Source: Lepidodermella squamata | Lineage: Eukaryota; Animalia; Gastrotricha | NCBI GenBank assembly: GCA_047495785.1 | Contig: JBLDXI010000031.1 | Span: 1,116,001-1,180,000 of the forward strand | Direction: 5' to 3' | DNA length: 64,000 bases | Shown here: positions 44,970 to 59,100 of the stretch, piece by piece | How the letters are laid out: every line of letters begins with the position of its first letter | Numbering within the stretch: position 1 is the stretch's first letter | Translations under genes and position numbers: made by a program | The notes under the pieces: generated by a model | The model's input: only the letters and a program-made list of their open reading frames with translations | Told to the model about the DNA's origin: nothing | Databases searched by the model: none

Positions 44970-45451
44970 AAATTGCAATTTCAAACAATTGTTGTCTAAA
45001 AATTAACGTTGCCACTCGGGTGTGTAATTTGAAGGAATGCTGATCTTTTACATTCAACCTGGAAATTCCGGTCGCCGATATTATTGAGATATATATATAT
45101 ATAAATAAATGTGTATAGAAATATTTAGTTCGAGTTTATGTATGTTTATCTCTTTCCGAAAAAATATATCTATTATGATTGAATGAAAACAATTTGAATG
45201 AAAATATCTCGAAGCACTGCTCAAAAACGGAGAAAATAAGAGAGTTTGTTCGACTCGCTCTAGTCTTTTCATTTTTCTCGTTGCTTCATGCGGCGCAAAC
45301 TGCACAACATATTTTACACTTTTTCGGTGAAAATTGGTGATTGCATTACTGTGGAAAAATCCTCTTCTATTTCTAGAATATATAAAAATCCATATAAACT
45401 TGAAATTTTTCTCAATTTCTGTTCATTTTCTATAGGAAATATTATTTTTAT

Positions 45452-48400
45452 ATGGATATAACCTCTTTTCGCCAAGATGCTGATAAATACAAGGCAAAAG
45501 CTCATGTTGCCGAGGGTAAAAATCAGTATCGAGAGGCGATTTTCTACTACACAGAAGCAATCGACGCCCTTCACGCGATTCTAATCCAGCAACAAACTAC
45601 GCCAAATTGCGGTTCAGTGGATGATACCCTAGCTGAAATCGATGGGCTATTGAAACGAGCGGAAGATATCAAGACCAAGCTAATCGCTAGCTTCTCTGGG
45701 TCGGGCGAGCCGCCTAATAATGGCGGCAATGGGGCTGCTTCGAATCCTGACCAACAAGACCTTGAATTGGCGAAATTTTTGTTCGAAAGAGCTATGGCTG
45801 CTGATGAAGAAGGTATGCAATAAAAAGTTCGGAAAGATTCAAAATCTGGAATGTGAAATTTCTCAAATTTCTAAAAAAATCCTAAATCGAAATCGATCTG
45901 GGAGAAAGTCATTTTTATTTAAAATATCGTAATTCATACTTCATCATTCTAGTTGATTCTTTTTCCTGAAATTCGCCGCATTTCTGTTACATTTATTTCG
46001 TATTTTTCTTCACGCAGAAATTTATGAAAAAAAAAATTGTAAAAAAATCTGCTTTCATCTTGTATTGCCTTTTTTAAACAACAATTTCAAGATTTTTCGA
46101 ATGAATTTTGAAGGATATAGCTGTATTTTTTTTTATTTTTTCTAAATTTTTCAAATTTCCCGAAAATTTGAATTGGAAAACTAATTGATTTTTTTATGTT
46201 TTAGACTCCGTTCAAGAAGCCGCTGATTTGTACATTCAATCGGTCGAAATTTTCCTCCGAGTTGCGAAATCGCCCAACATCCATCCAGATGTGCAATTAA
46301 AAGCCCGAAAATTCGCAAAACATGCAATCGAACGAGCCGAGGATATCAAATTGAAAAAGCGTGACTCAAGCGCCACACTCAATTTGGCCGAAAATCAAAC
46401 AAACGTAACTGCGTTTGAAACGTCGAATAATACCGGTGGTTCGTTTACGAAAGAAGAAATCAAGGTGCTATTCGAGACTTCGACGTTGAATGGCGTAAAA
46501 TGCCTGCCATTTCTGCCGAGTGATATCAGAGAAGAACGATTCGCCTATCCGTTGGTCTACATCGATTCCGAACTTCCAAACGGCGTTCTACGTCTCGCGA
46601 CGAAACAGGCGCAAAAACTCGACAGATGGGCCCGGCTGTCAGATTTATCGCCCGAGCCTTCGATTCTAGGCACCCTGTCGCCGAATGCCGTGAAACAAAC
46701 CGTAGTTTCAGACTGTTCATTCGTCGCCTCGTTATCAGTAGCCGCTCAGTTGGAGCGACGATTTCGAAAACCGCTGATTTCACCGCAGATTTACCCGAAA
46801 GACCGGTCCGGCCAGCCAGTCTACAACCCGTGCGGTAAATACATGATAAAACTCCACCTTAACGGAATATGGCGCAAAATTATCATCGACGACCAACTAC
46901 CTGTTGATCGCCACAATCGATTGCTGTGTTCTTACTCGCAGAATCCGAACGAATTTTGGGTGTCGCTGCTTGAAAAGGCGTATATGAAGGTGATGGGCGG
47001 TTACGACTTCCCTGGGTCGAATTCTTCCATTGATTTGAATGCGTTGACCGGCTGGATCCCAGAGCGGTTGTCGATTCACTCCGAGGTCGTGCCTTACGAT
47101 CGAGACCGCGAGTTTGACCGAATGTTCACCCGATTTCACCAGGGCCATGTGCTGATAACCGTCGCAACGGGTGAGTTATCGGCTGAAACCGAGGAAAGGA
47201 CAGGCTTAGTGCCATCGCACGCCTATGCCGTGATGGATATTCGTAAGGTGGATAATTTGCGGCTGCTGATGGTGAAAAATCCGTGGAGTCATCTGCGGTG
47301 GAAGGGCAAATTTAGCGAAAATGATGCGGCGAATTGGACGCCGCAGTTGCAGGCGAAATTGGGCTATGACCCTCGGAGTGCGCGGTTGAATGACAACGGC
47401 ATTTTCTGGATCGATTACGACTCGCTGTGTCACTTTTACGACGTTTTCTATCTCAGCTGGAATCCGGACATGTTCCCGCGAAAATCATGTAAGTAGCATT
47501 CCGTTGATAATTTGACGTATCGCCGGGTAATTTTAGAGGTGAATAGCTTTGCGATACCGAACATTGGAAATCATAGAGTTTAATGCAAAAAAATGCCCGT
47601 CAGTTGAGCTTTCGAGCATATCGTAAAGCCCAAAGTGGAGAACTACGGGATTTTTAAGAAATATTTCAAGCTTTAAATACGTTTTCGTCCTGTTGAACTA
47701 TTTTCTCACGTAAGTTTTTAAATTCATAATCGAATAAACCTGAAAAACTCGGGTAGCAGCTATTTTTAGATATAAATTCTTTTTTTAATTATTGAATTTT
47801 TTATGTAATATTTAGGCATTCATGAATCATGGCTCGCTGGTTCCGGCCCGCGGAAGGACCACTACGACATGAGTGGCAACCCGCAATTCCACCTTCGCGT
47901 GAAATCCTCATCGAAAGCCTCGGTCTGGATCGTCCTAACTCGCCACATCACAGATCGAGCTGATTTCGCCGAAAATCGCGAGTTCATCACGCTGCTAGTC
48001 TACAAAGTCGACGGCAAACGGGTTTACTATCCGGCTAGCCCCCCGCCTTTTATGGATGGGGTCCGCATCAATTCGCCACACTACCTATGCAAATTGACGC
48101 ATGACACGGGGAAGGACGAAGACTACACGCTGGTTGTGTCTCAATTCGAAAAATCGAACACGTTACATTTTACACTGAACGTGTATTCAACTTGCGATTT
48201 TGAATTGGCGAAAATCGTGGATCCCTACAAAAGCGAGTATACTCGGCAAATTACGGGTGAATGGAGCCAAACAACGGCAGGCGGGTGCTCGAATAACATG
48301 GCGGCGTACAAAAGCAATCCGGTTTTTTCTATGGTGATCTCTAAAACGGGTGATCTTCTAGTCACCCTGAAAGGCCCCCGGCAATACTCGGTTGGATTTG

Positions 48401-48609
48401 CGGTTTTCGCCGATAACAACGAACCGTTTTGTTCGCTACCTCCGCTGGCAACCAGCGGCCCGTACCGGTCGGGTTTCACGTACTTGGAGCTGAAAAAATT
48501 GCCGCCCGGGTCGTATCAAGTTGTCCCGACGACGTTCAGCTCCAACGAATTGGGGCCGTTTTTCTTGGAGGTGAAATCGAGTGTTCCAGTCACGCTACGC
48601 CCTAAATAA
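45452..48609 (+). CDS. CAPN7: Calpain-7 (PalB) with two MIT domains; exons 45452-45812, 46205-47488, 47816-48609
   Basis: MIT (EAIFYYTEAI), QTVVSDCSFVASL (Cys), HAY (His), KNPW (Asn) and two calpain-III domains. Confidence 0.95.
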
Positions 48610-48928
48610 TGCCGGTTTTTTAATGAAATGTCACTCAACGCTTGCGTCGATTTTTTTCTGGCTTATTTTTACTGTATTTATTCTTGACGTTTTTACGATG
48701 GTAATGACGACTGTGGCTTGAAACAAAGTTGCCTTTGCGCTTCCACACAATAATTTATTTATTTTGTTTTCTTTAGATTTTATATATAAATTTATTTGAA
48801 ATTTGCTGCCCCAGTGCTGTGAAGCATTCATCGACGTAAGGTAGGTTGCACTTTTTATGTGCTGCATTTTGGATACATTTTTAATATTTTATGATGCTTA
48901 AGAATTAAAATCTTCCTCTTATTGCACC

Positions 48929-50322
48929 AAAGGACAAGGGGCGTTAGATGGAAAATCGTCTTCAAAGTCTTCAAAGTTGAATAAAATTTAGCGCTGCTTT
49001 GTTTTCCTGCGTCTTGGGTTATTGTCGCTTTATGAAATGTAGCCGGCTAATTTGTCGCGAACGTTATTTCCCAAGTCCAGCTTAATTGTCGCAGGCGTAA
49101 TTGTTGCCAGTTACATTTCTACCCAAAGAAATTCAAATAAGGCTATTTTGTCACAGGCTCATTTGTCGCTTTGTCGAGTTGGACGGTACTTTTGGCCTCA
49201 GCAAAAACATTTTTTCGCAGCAATAATCTTTTTTCGGCATTTTTCTCGCAGTATCCACTTTTATCTTCAGCAAATCGTACTCCTTTTCACAGGAAATTTA
49301 GAAGAAATTCTGGCGACTCAGGGAAAATTATTTTTAAAATCGCGTGATTGAAATGCTGGTTGAAAATATTTGATTCTTCTGACTCTTCTTTCAAATGGGA
49401 CATCAGGCGTTTCATTAAGTTTTCAAGGTGAAACACTCCCTTTCAGTTGCATCATCACTAAACCGTTACGAGATTCCAGGCCGTTGTTTGTTGAAGCGAA
49501 TTCAAAAAACCTTCGTACTAATATTTCAAGGGTCCGTCGATAAATCGCGTTCGGAAAGACTTGATGAAACCACTGGCGTGTTTGTTAACAAGCCACTTCT
49601 TGCAGAATAGCCGTGAAGCCACTTTGAATTCAGAAGTAGACGACGCGACATTAAGAACTTGTTGAATATCAGATTTGACGCAAATACAGCTTGGGTTCCA
49701 GGGCAGCCCCTTCCAGTACTCTTTAACGATTGCTTCGCCGCCTGGAACAGCTTACACAAGCTTCCAACGCTAGTTGCTTCATAGCAAGCCTTACCTTCCC
49801 TCGCCCGGCGAGGTGATTCTTTTTAATGGCCTCGTGATGTTTTTTTCCAGCTCTGCGCGAGGGCTGTTTCTTCAGAAGGGACCCATTTCTTCCACGCGCG
49901 CTTCGATATCAATGCTGGTGAATCGTCAGAAATAGCAGGTTTCTCAGATCCAACCCCTTCGTCCTGAGACGAAACCAGAAGCTCGTCGCCTGAACAGCTC
50001 TCATCTTTTACTACTGGAACTGGCAAATTTCGCTTCTGACGCGAAGCAGCCACCGTACTGATACTGATACTGTTTTATTTTGCAATTTGTCTTTCAACGT
50101 TTAGCAATTAGGAATTAAACGAGAATTAAACGCAGAACGAGGCGCTGATTTCTCGCGCTTTCGAGTAGTAATAGAGGAAGTAGAAGTCCGGCTACTTTCC
50201 GAAGAAGTTCCGGCCGCATCTTGTAAGGTTGTTTGAGTCTGTCGAAACTAAACATTTTGCCGCACGCGATCTTAACGCCCTACTTTTGGTAGACTCCTTT
50301 GCGTTAGCGCCCCTCGTCCTTT
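48929..50322. mobile_element. Putative non-autonomous DNA transposon with short TIRs
   Basis: AAAGGACAAGGGGCGTTA at the left end and TAGCGCCCCTCGTCCTTT at the right end are inverted (16/18 match). Contains a decayed Myb/SANT-like KKWVPSEETAL frame and TTGTCGC repeats. Confidence 0.55.
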
Positions 50323-50367
50323 CCCTATATTCAATGAAAATCAGGAACATTTGAAATTCTTAGGGCT

Positions 50368-53300
50368 ATGGGACGAGCCGAAGACATCATAAGGCGAGAC
50401 TCGCCCCGATCGGCGGAAAATCAAAACAATGTGACTGCGGATGAAGCTCCAGATAATAACGGCGGTTCATTTACCAAAGAAGAAATAAACATGCTGACTA
50501 GTACTTCTACGATAAATGGCGTTGAATATCTGCCATTTCTGCCGAGTGTCGTGGAAGAAGAACAATTCACCTGTCCGTTGTTATACATCGATTCCGAACT
50601 TCCAAACGGCGTTTTGAAGCTCGCGACGAAACAGGCGCAAATATTCGACAGATGGGCCCGTCTGTCCGAATTATCACCCGAACCACCTTCGATCATAGGC
50701 ACCCTATCGCCGGACGCCGTGAAACAAACTGTCGTTTCAGACTGTTCATTCGTCGCCTCGTTGATAGCAGCCGCTGAATGGGAGCAAAGATTTCGTAAAC
50801 CGCTGATTTCACAGTTGATTTACCCGAAAGACCGGTCCGGCCAGCCAGCATACAACCCGTGCGGTAAATACATGATAAAACTCCACCTTAACGGAATATG
50901 GCGCAAAGTTATCATCGACGACCAACTACCTGTTGATCTTCATAATCGATTGCTGTGTTCGTATTCGCAGAATCCGAACGAATTTTGGGTGTCGCTGCTT
51001 GAAAAGGCGTACATGAAGGTGATGGGTGGTTACGAATTCCGTGGGTCGAATTCTTCCGTCGATTTGAACGCGTTGACCGGCTGGATCCCGGAGCGGTTGC
51101 CGATTCACTCCAAAAACGTGCCTTTCGACCGAGACCACGAGTTCAAAAGAATGTTAAAGCGATTTCACCAGGGCAATGTGCTAATAACCGTCGCAACTGG
51201 GGATCCATCGCCTGAAATCGAGTGGATGGGTTTAGTGCCATCGCACGCCTATGTCGTGATGGATATTCGAAAGGTGGATAATTTGCGGTTGCTGAAGCTG
51301 AAGAATCCGTGGAGTCAAGTGCGGTGGAAGGGCAAATTCAGCGACACTGATGCGGCGAATTGGACGCCGCAGTTGCAGGAGAAACTGGGCTATGACCCAC
51401 TGAGTGCGCGGTGGAATGATAACGGCATTTTCTGGATCGATTACGACTCGCTGTGTCTTTTCTACGAGGTTTTCTATCTAAGCTGGAATCCGGACATGTT
51501 CCCGCGAAAATCATGTAAGCAAATTTTGTTGATAATTTGGCGTAGCGCCAGTTAATTTTGGTGGTGAATAATCGCTTGGCGATGCTGTACAATAGAAATC
51601 ACAGGATTTAATGCAAACGATTCGACCGCCATTTGAACTTTCAAACATATCGTAAAGCCCAAGGTGTAACAATTTTCAAGAAATATTATAAGCAAAATAT
51701 CTTTTAGTGGCGCCAAATTTTTGATATTTGGTTAGAAAAAGGTCGCTTTTCGAAATTTCTGCGAAATTAAGGCAATGTATCGATTACATGCTGAATAATT
51801 CAGCCTTTACAATATAAAAACAGTCTAAAAACGATCACACCAACCTTCGACAAATCGCAAGTCATGCCAAAACTAAAAATGCTATCGCCATAATTGTTTT
51901 CAGATTCGGATAGAGCACAAAAAATAGTAAAAGGCACTAAATAGTCAAAAGGCACTAGGAAAAATTGGATGGCTCGAAAACACAAGTAAGTGGCGTTGCG
52001 CAGCTGGAGGGTTAATGATGATTTATTTAAAAATAGCGAGGATCAATCACGACAACCTTGAAAGAAATAAGAAATTCCAAAATTTGTTTTCGCAACAGGA
52101 AAATTTGGTTCCGCTAATAGTGAGACCCATTTATAAAAGGGTCCTCCTTTTACCGGAACCAAATTTTGGAATTTTCTAGAGGCCTGAAATAAGTTTTCGT
52201 GCCGGTCAAGATTGAGATAACCCTAAAGAAAAACACGAGTAAATTCAGCGTAACATTCTCTGTGAGATGGAGTGTTCATTTCAGAACGTATGCTTCGCCT
52301 CAAATTCGTAGAATTGTTCAAAAAATGACTTTTCGCTTATTTTGTCGTTGGTTCCGAAAATCGCAAATCTGTTTCCACTCGCCGTGAATTTGGTTTCGCT
52401 AAAAGATGTATTGTTTACAAAAGGGGCTCCTTCCTGAACTGGTTAGGTGGGGTGGCAGCAACAGTCATTAGTAATCGTTTCTCTCATGGGTACATGAAGT
52501 ACATGAGTAAATATGCGCGCATCAAACAGGTTTCGCAGCAGATTTAGATATATTTTAGATGAATTCTTGTTTATTTACTAAATTCATGTAATATTTAGGC
52601 ATTCGTGAATCATATTTAGGCATTCATGAATCATATCTCAAGGATTCTGGTCCGCAGAATGACAACTACGACATGAGTGGCAACCCGCAGTTCCACCTTC
52701 GCGTGAAATCCTCGTCAAAAGCTTCGGTCTGGACACTCCTTACTCGCCACATCACAGGTCGAGCTGATTTCGCCAAAAATAGCGAGTTAATAACGCTGCT
52801 AGTCTACAAAGTCAACGGAAAACGGGTCTACTATCCAGCTAGCCCCCTGCCATTCATGAACGGCGTCCGAACCAATTCACCGCACTACCTATGCAAACTG
52901 ACGCATGACACGGGCAAGGACGAAGAGTACACGCTGGTTATGCCTCAAGTCGAAAAATCGAGAACGTCACATTTTACAGTGAACGTCTATTCAAAGTGCG
53001 ATTTTGAACTGGCGAAAATCGTAGATCCTTACAAAAGCGAATTGACTCAAAAAATTACGGGTGCGTGGAGTCAATCAACGGCCGGCGGGTGTTCGAATGA
53101 CATGGAGGCGTACAAGAAAAATCCGGTTTTTTCTATGGTGATCTCTAAAACGGGTGATGTTCTAGTCACCCTGAAAGGCCCCCGGGAATACTCGGTTGGT
53201 TTTTCGGTTTACAGCGATAACAACGAACCGTTTTGGTCGCTACCTCCGCTCGCAACCAGCGGCCCGTACCGGTCTGGTTTCACGTACTTGGAGCTGAAAA

Positions 53301-53413
53301 AATTGCCACCCGGCTCTTACCAAGTTGTCCCGACAACGTTTAGCCCCAACAAAATGGGGCCTTTCATCTTGGAGGTGAAATCGAGTGTTCCAGTCACGCT
53401 GCGCCCTAAATGA
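50368..53413 (+). CDS. CAPN7: Calpain-7 tandem paralog lacking MIT domains
   Basis: Close copy of the upstream gene from the end of MIT2 onward. Catalytic C/H/N motifs are intact, the intron position is the same and the frames are open. Confidence 0.85.
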
Positions 53414-53899
53414 TGCCGGTTTTTATTACAATGTCGCTCAATGCTTGCGCCGATTTTTTCTGGTTTATTTTTATCATCTATTGTTAAAGTTTTTACTATC
53501 GTAATGGCAATTTTAAAGTTTTAAACTGTGATTTCTTGATAGCCACCGGCATATAATTTTCGCTGGGTTCCGGGGGGACGCGGAAGATTTCAGCGGTTTC
53601 ACCCTTGCGGACGCACGTAGAGATATCAGAAGGGATTACATGAGCCTTCAGTTCTTTCACGATTAGTCGCGTGCTTTTACAGAGACCTGCGGCGTGACAA
53701 TCATTAAACTGAAATCTAAGCTTTCAATGCTTGCTTCGATTTTTCTGGATTTTTTTTATTCCGTGTTATTTTGCCATGCGGATGGCCGATAAGTCCGAGT
53801 GAGGCAGAGGTGAACAAATTCTGATTTTTCATAATTAATTCATACCTAATTAATTACCATACTTTTGTTATAATATTATTCTCTAGAATCTTTAAAAAA

Positions 53900-54382
53900 A
53901 TGAGTTCATCACTTATCGACTGTTCTAAATTGGTGGTTGCTGGAGTCGAAACCCGAGTTGTCATAATCATCACAAATTCGTTCCTGACTACGATCAGTTT
54001 CTGCGCAGCCGGTGATTCGTACAAATTCGCCGTCAAGTCATGGGATGACTATCGCAGCACAACTCAAGAAGATCTCTTACTGCGATTTCACGCCCATTGC
54101 CACCGGGATGAAAAAACCTTTGGCCAGCTCGTAGAACGCGAAGATGGAAGCCGGCAGCTGGCAGTTTGTCGTGGTCAAAAAATTGAGTGCATTGATCAAG
54201 CTGCCCATGATGTCATGTCGTGCCTCGAGCAAATCTATACCGCGTATCCCGATTTGATGTTGCAATACGCGGCCTGGTTTCGCGAGAATGTCGATGATGA
54301 CATGAGTTATAGCTATTTGATAACAAAAGTCACATGTAATTGGATTGCTCATGCTAATTATTTGGTGCCGAAGATTGAATAG
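53900..54382 (+). CDS. Hypothetical protein, paralog A
   Basis: Intronless 160-aa ORF. Shares RFHAHC.RD...FGQ, DVMSCLE.IY and DDMSYS..ITKVTCN with 55339-55830. Confidence 0.7.
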   Translation: MSSSLIDCSKLVVAGVETRVVIIITNSFLTTISFCAAGDSYKFAVKSWDDYRSTTQEDLLLRFHAHCHRDEKTFGQLVEREDGSRQLAVCRGQKIECIDQAAHDVMSCLEQIYTAYPDLMLQYAAWFRENVDDDMSYSYLITKVTCNWIAHANYLVPKIE

Positions 54383-55338
54383 GATACTGTCATGTTTCGC
54401 TAAAATGATATATTTTTTACTAAGTGCATAATAACAAATTGTTTGTCTCAATTTTTGCAAAATATTGGCGATCCGAATTCTGCATTATTTTCTCAAATCA
54501 GAAGCTTGAACGAATGAGTGAAATTGTTGAGTCTTTGTTTTCCGGAATTGAATTGTCTGAGTGATTTTAAACTGTCATCATGAATGCAATTTCCTCTTTG
54601 CTGCATTTTTTACCTTTTTAATGAATTCTATTCGTGAGCGGTTGAGTTGACCCAAGTCTTGATTATTTATTCAATGCCTTGAAATTTCCGAATGGCATGA
54701 AAGTGACATTTATTCTAGTTTTCCACTGTTCAACGCTCTAATCATTGGCTGATTGTTGCTCGAATTTCTTGCCAAAATGAGAAAATTTTCATTGTGATCT
54801 TGCCGGTCTGCATATTGAGTTTTGATATTGATGATGCTAATTACACGCAAAGCTATTTTTGTTCTACAAGTCTCTCCATGACTCAACTTGGTACAATTGA
54901 ACTGCTCCTAAATGATCAGAAGTTGGCGTTGTTTTGCGGAACTAATTTTATTGTGATGAAGCAGAATTCCAAATATTTTGCATAATTCCGGAGGCTTCTC
55001 CATCAGTGAATAATGATGAAAATAATTATTGAACGTTTTCCGATGATAGCCGGTAAAAAATAAATTTCTCCGTGCTTCCTTGGAAATAATTGTGATTTTT
55101 TATTGTTTTTTAGGTTTTTTAATCTGTTGAATTCATCAGCCGTTCAATCTGTGCATTGGAATGAATGAATTCGATTTGCCAATGCTCAGCAGCTCAATTT
55201 TACTTTTTTGTATCCCGAGTTGATTTTTTTCGATGCAAAATACAAATTTTAGAAAAAGCCTAGCTCTCAATTGCTATGTATGCTCCAGATTCAGAGAGAA
55301 ATTCTGTATCTGAAAAATTTAATGTAGAATTTTAAACT

Positions 55339-55830
55339 ATGAATACTCTATTTATTGGCGAGTTCGATACGGTTCTAACTGGGGTAGATACCAAAGTCAC
55401 CGTAACCATCCTGAACTCATTCATGACCGCGCTCGATTTCAGTGTCGCCGGTGATTCTTACAATTTCAGCATCACCTCATGGACAGGTCGAGGTCTGCAA
55501 AACCTGCTCACCCGATTTCACGCCCATTGCCGTCGCGATATCGAAAAATTCGGTCAAATCATTGAAGACGACGACGGAAATCGGCAAGTGTTAATGGCTG
55601 TCGCCGAAAAGGTCAACGTTGTGTTCCAAGCTGTTCGAGATGTCATGTCGTGCCTCGAGAAAATCTATACCACCCATCGCCGGTCGATGTTAGAGTACGC
55701 GGTCTGGTTTCGTGAGCACGTCAATGACGACATGAGTTACAGCCATTTCATCACCAAAGTCACGTGCAATTGCATTATTCACGCTGATTTCATGGCGCCT
55801 AGCATTCAATGGTCCATTGTGAAGTTTTAA
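55339..55830 (+). CDS. Hypothetical protein, paralog B
   Basis: Intronless 163-aa ORF colinear with paralog A. Confidence 0.7.
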   Translation: MNTLFIGEFDTVLTGVDTKVTVTILNSFMTALDFSVAGDSYNFSITSWTGRGLQNLLTRFHAHCRRDIEKFGQIIEDDDGNRQVLMAVAEKVNVVFQAVRDVMSCLEKIYTTHRRSMLEYAVWFREHVNDDMSYSHFITKVTCNCIIHADFMAPSIQWSIVKF

Positions 55831-56197
55831 ATTCGTCGAATTTGGCAATTTTCCAGCCTTCTTTTCTTATTTTTGCCAATTAAATGTTGAAATCTCGTTC
55901 TATGAATGTCAACTAAATTTTTTTATAACTTTGAGCTATTTTGACTTCCGTATGACTCATTGGATCCTTTAATTTCAGTCTGTTATATTCCGAAATCATT
56001 TTTCAACTTTCCTACGTCTTTCACTTGGATGATGCTTTCAATATTCGTCGACATGAGTCGAAAATTAATTTTTGGCTGTTACAGCAATCTCGGTTCTTCT
56101 TTTTTCATTTTATTGCTCAATTGAATTTTATCTGTTGAAATTTCCGTATTGATTGAACATTTTCCTCTTTATAGAGATATTTTTTATCTGAAGTCTG

Positions 56198-59100
56198 ATG
56201 GCTAAAAGTCAAGGGGCTGAAGGTGCTACGAAAGCTGCGAAACCGGCCAAAAAAGCCCCAAAGGAGGAGCAAGCTGAAAATGACATCGACGTGGCTGAGG
56301 TGAGCACCTTTTCATTACTTACTCTCTGGAATCTTCGATTTTCAAAATATTTTTTGAAATAATAACGGCTTGAATGCATTTCACGAATTTTATTTCTGTT
56401 TTCGAAAATTTGAAATTTTGAAATTAAATGGGAATTAAATGGGGAAGAAAATTGAAGTAGAATTTCAATTTTTTCTGAATTTTTGCTGCAATGTGAAGTT
56501 CTTACGCTACTGTTTTTACTAGGTTTCAGCATTTTGGAACCAGATCCAGAAAGAATCTGCCGCTGAATTGAAAGCCGCCGAAAAATTCAAAAAGCCAGCA
56601 AAGAAAACCCCTCCGATTCCACCGAAAACTCAGCCTGAAAAGGTGCAAAAACCCGCTCCTAAACCGGTTGTTGCTCAGCCAAAAACTCCTCCTAAACCCG
56701 TCCAGAATGCAGCCGTAACACAGCCGAAATCTGGCGAAAAACGCGCGAGGACTGAAAATCTACGCGAGCAGCAGCGAAAAATCAAACAGGAAGCTGAACA
56801 AGAGGGTAAAAAGAACGTTCGCATAGTTTTCGGCGAAGACGACGGCGGGAGCAAAGATATCAAGCCAAAAATTGAAGTTTTAGCCCAAAAAACAACAGCT
56901 AGCCTACCCTCGAGTACAATCGACGGATATTTAACGCAACTAGAGGCGGAAATTAACTCGAGTGAACGGCCTCATGGGCAGTGTTTAATGCGGCAAAGGG
57001 CGACTCATCACAATGAGAAGAAGTGGTTTGAAGAATTTCCAGAGCCGTTGAACGACCCGAAAAATTCTTTAGGCTCCCTCACCCGGCCTCAATTCGAGCG
57101 GTTATCCACGCTATGCAACAAATTATTCGATATTGAAGTGAATAATTTCATGAAAAATCGGCGCAGATCGGCGGATGGCAGCTGGTCGAGGACTGTTATC
57201 AAAAAGGGCACATCGGCCGATAGAATGGCCGCGTTGGCTGTTAACGTCCAGGAATCGCCCGTTCATAACCTCGAATCGTTGAAAGAAATGATTCAAATGT
57301 GCTCGAAAAAAACGAGGCGTGAAGTTGTGACAGTTCTAGCATCGCTCGAGGAGCTTTTCGTCGATTTTTTGCTGCCGGACCGGAAGTTACGGTCGCTTTT
57401 TTCGTGCCCTGTAATGACAATAGCCTCAATTTGCGGATCGGATAAAATGGCGAGAGATCGTTATTTGATTCTCTTCGCTTTCGAGGCGAAATTGAAAGAG
57501 ATCTACGCAGAATTTGTGACCACCCTCGGCCAAAATATGTTGAATGACGAAATTTTGGTGGTGAAGCGGCGTGCATTGAATTCGGTTTTGCACATGTTGA
57601 AATCGAAGCAAGAACTCGAGAGTGAGTTGCTAGCGTTACTAGTCAATAAATTCGGCGATCCTGACCGGCCGACCGGCGCCTCAGTTTGCCATTTGCTGCA
57701 TCAATTGCTACTGGAACACCCGATGATGAAGGGCGTTGTAGTTCGGCACGTTGAAGATTTCATTTTTCGCCCGAATTTGCCGTCTCGAGCTCAATATTAC
57801 GCCGTGTGCTTCCTGTCTCACTTGTTCCTATCGCCGTCTGACGCGGCGATTGCTAATCAGTTGATTGGAATTTATTTCCGAATTTTCACTGGCTCGAACA
57901 GTGCTGATCCGAATGCTCCGGAGAAGAAGAAGAAAATGAAGACAATTAAGGGCAAACGGGGTAAGAAGAAGGTGGTTCAAACGCAGATTGATGAGCACTC
58001 GCCGCAGAATAAAAAGCTGATTGCGGCTATTTTGGCTGGTGTTAATAAAGCTGTGCGATTTGCGAATCTCGCCGATCCTGCTCTGTTGAAGAATATCGAT
58101 GCGCTGTACACAATTGTCCACACTGGCAGTTTGGCTATCTCCGTTCAGGTGGGTCATTTTTTATCAAATTTTCAGAATTGTTGTGTTCTCTAATATTCAT
58201 ATTTTCCGAAAAAACCGAACATTTTCCTAATAATTGAATTTTTGTTAATAGACTATAATCTGAATCTTGTAAAATTGGCTAATAATTGAACAAGAGAATG
58301 AGTCAATTTTAAAATCGAATAAAATCATTTTCAATATATTGAAAATTAGGTTGGATTTTTTATTTTTGTAACATTTTGTAAGTTATTTGAAGCAAAATTC
58401 TGTTATTGTAGTTCGAAATTCGTAATAACTCTTCGCAATATCGCAAAATCAAAATATATTCTGGTACTTTTCCCGATAATTGAGTTGAAAATCTGCGAAT
58501 TTTTTCATCTTCGAAATTTCAAGTTGAAAAAATGAAAAATAATCGATAATTATAAGATATTTATTTTGCTAAAATTAAACCATGCTTCCATGGATGCATT
58601 CACTCTAATTAATAATCATACAAATTAGAAGAACCAGAATCAGCTCGATTGTTTTATAATTGACTTTCGGGCCTTCGCTGAATAACTCGAATCCGTTTGT
58701 AATATAAAATTGCGGTGCAATCGAAGTCGCATTCTCAGCAATCGGTGTTGTAGTCGGTTTTTCTCTCGTGGTTCCACTAATTCCTAAATTAACTATGACG
58801 GTTTGTGTTTCCTGGATCGTAGTCGGCCGCATTGTAGTTACAGTCGCTTTCGTCGAAGCTTCGGTCGAAGTTTCGATTTCGACCTCTTCGAAACTCGACT
58901 CCGGTTCATCAGGCCCAGGAGTCGTCGAGGTGACTGACTCATCTTCATTATCGTATTCGAAAGACGGCGTTTGCTCGATAACCTCAACTTTCCCACTATC
59001 AATAGGCCCAATATTGATTTCATCCTCCTCAATAGCCGGCAGTATTGTATGCTTCGAGTTGGAACCCGACTCAGTCGTCGTAATTTTCGGCGGTTTTTCG

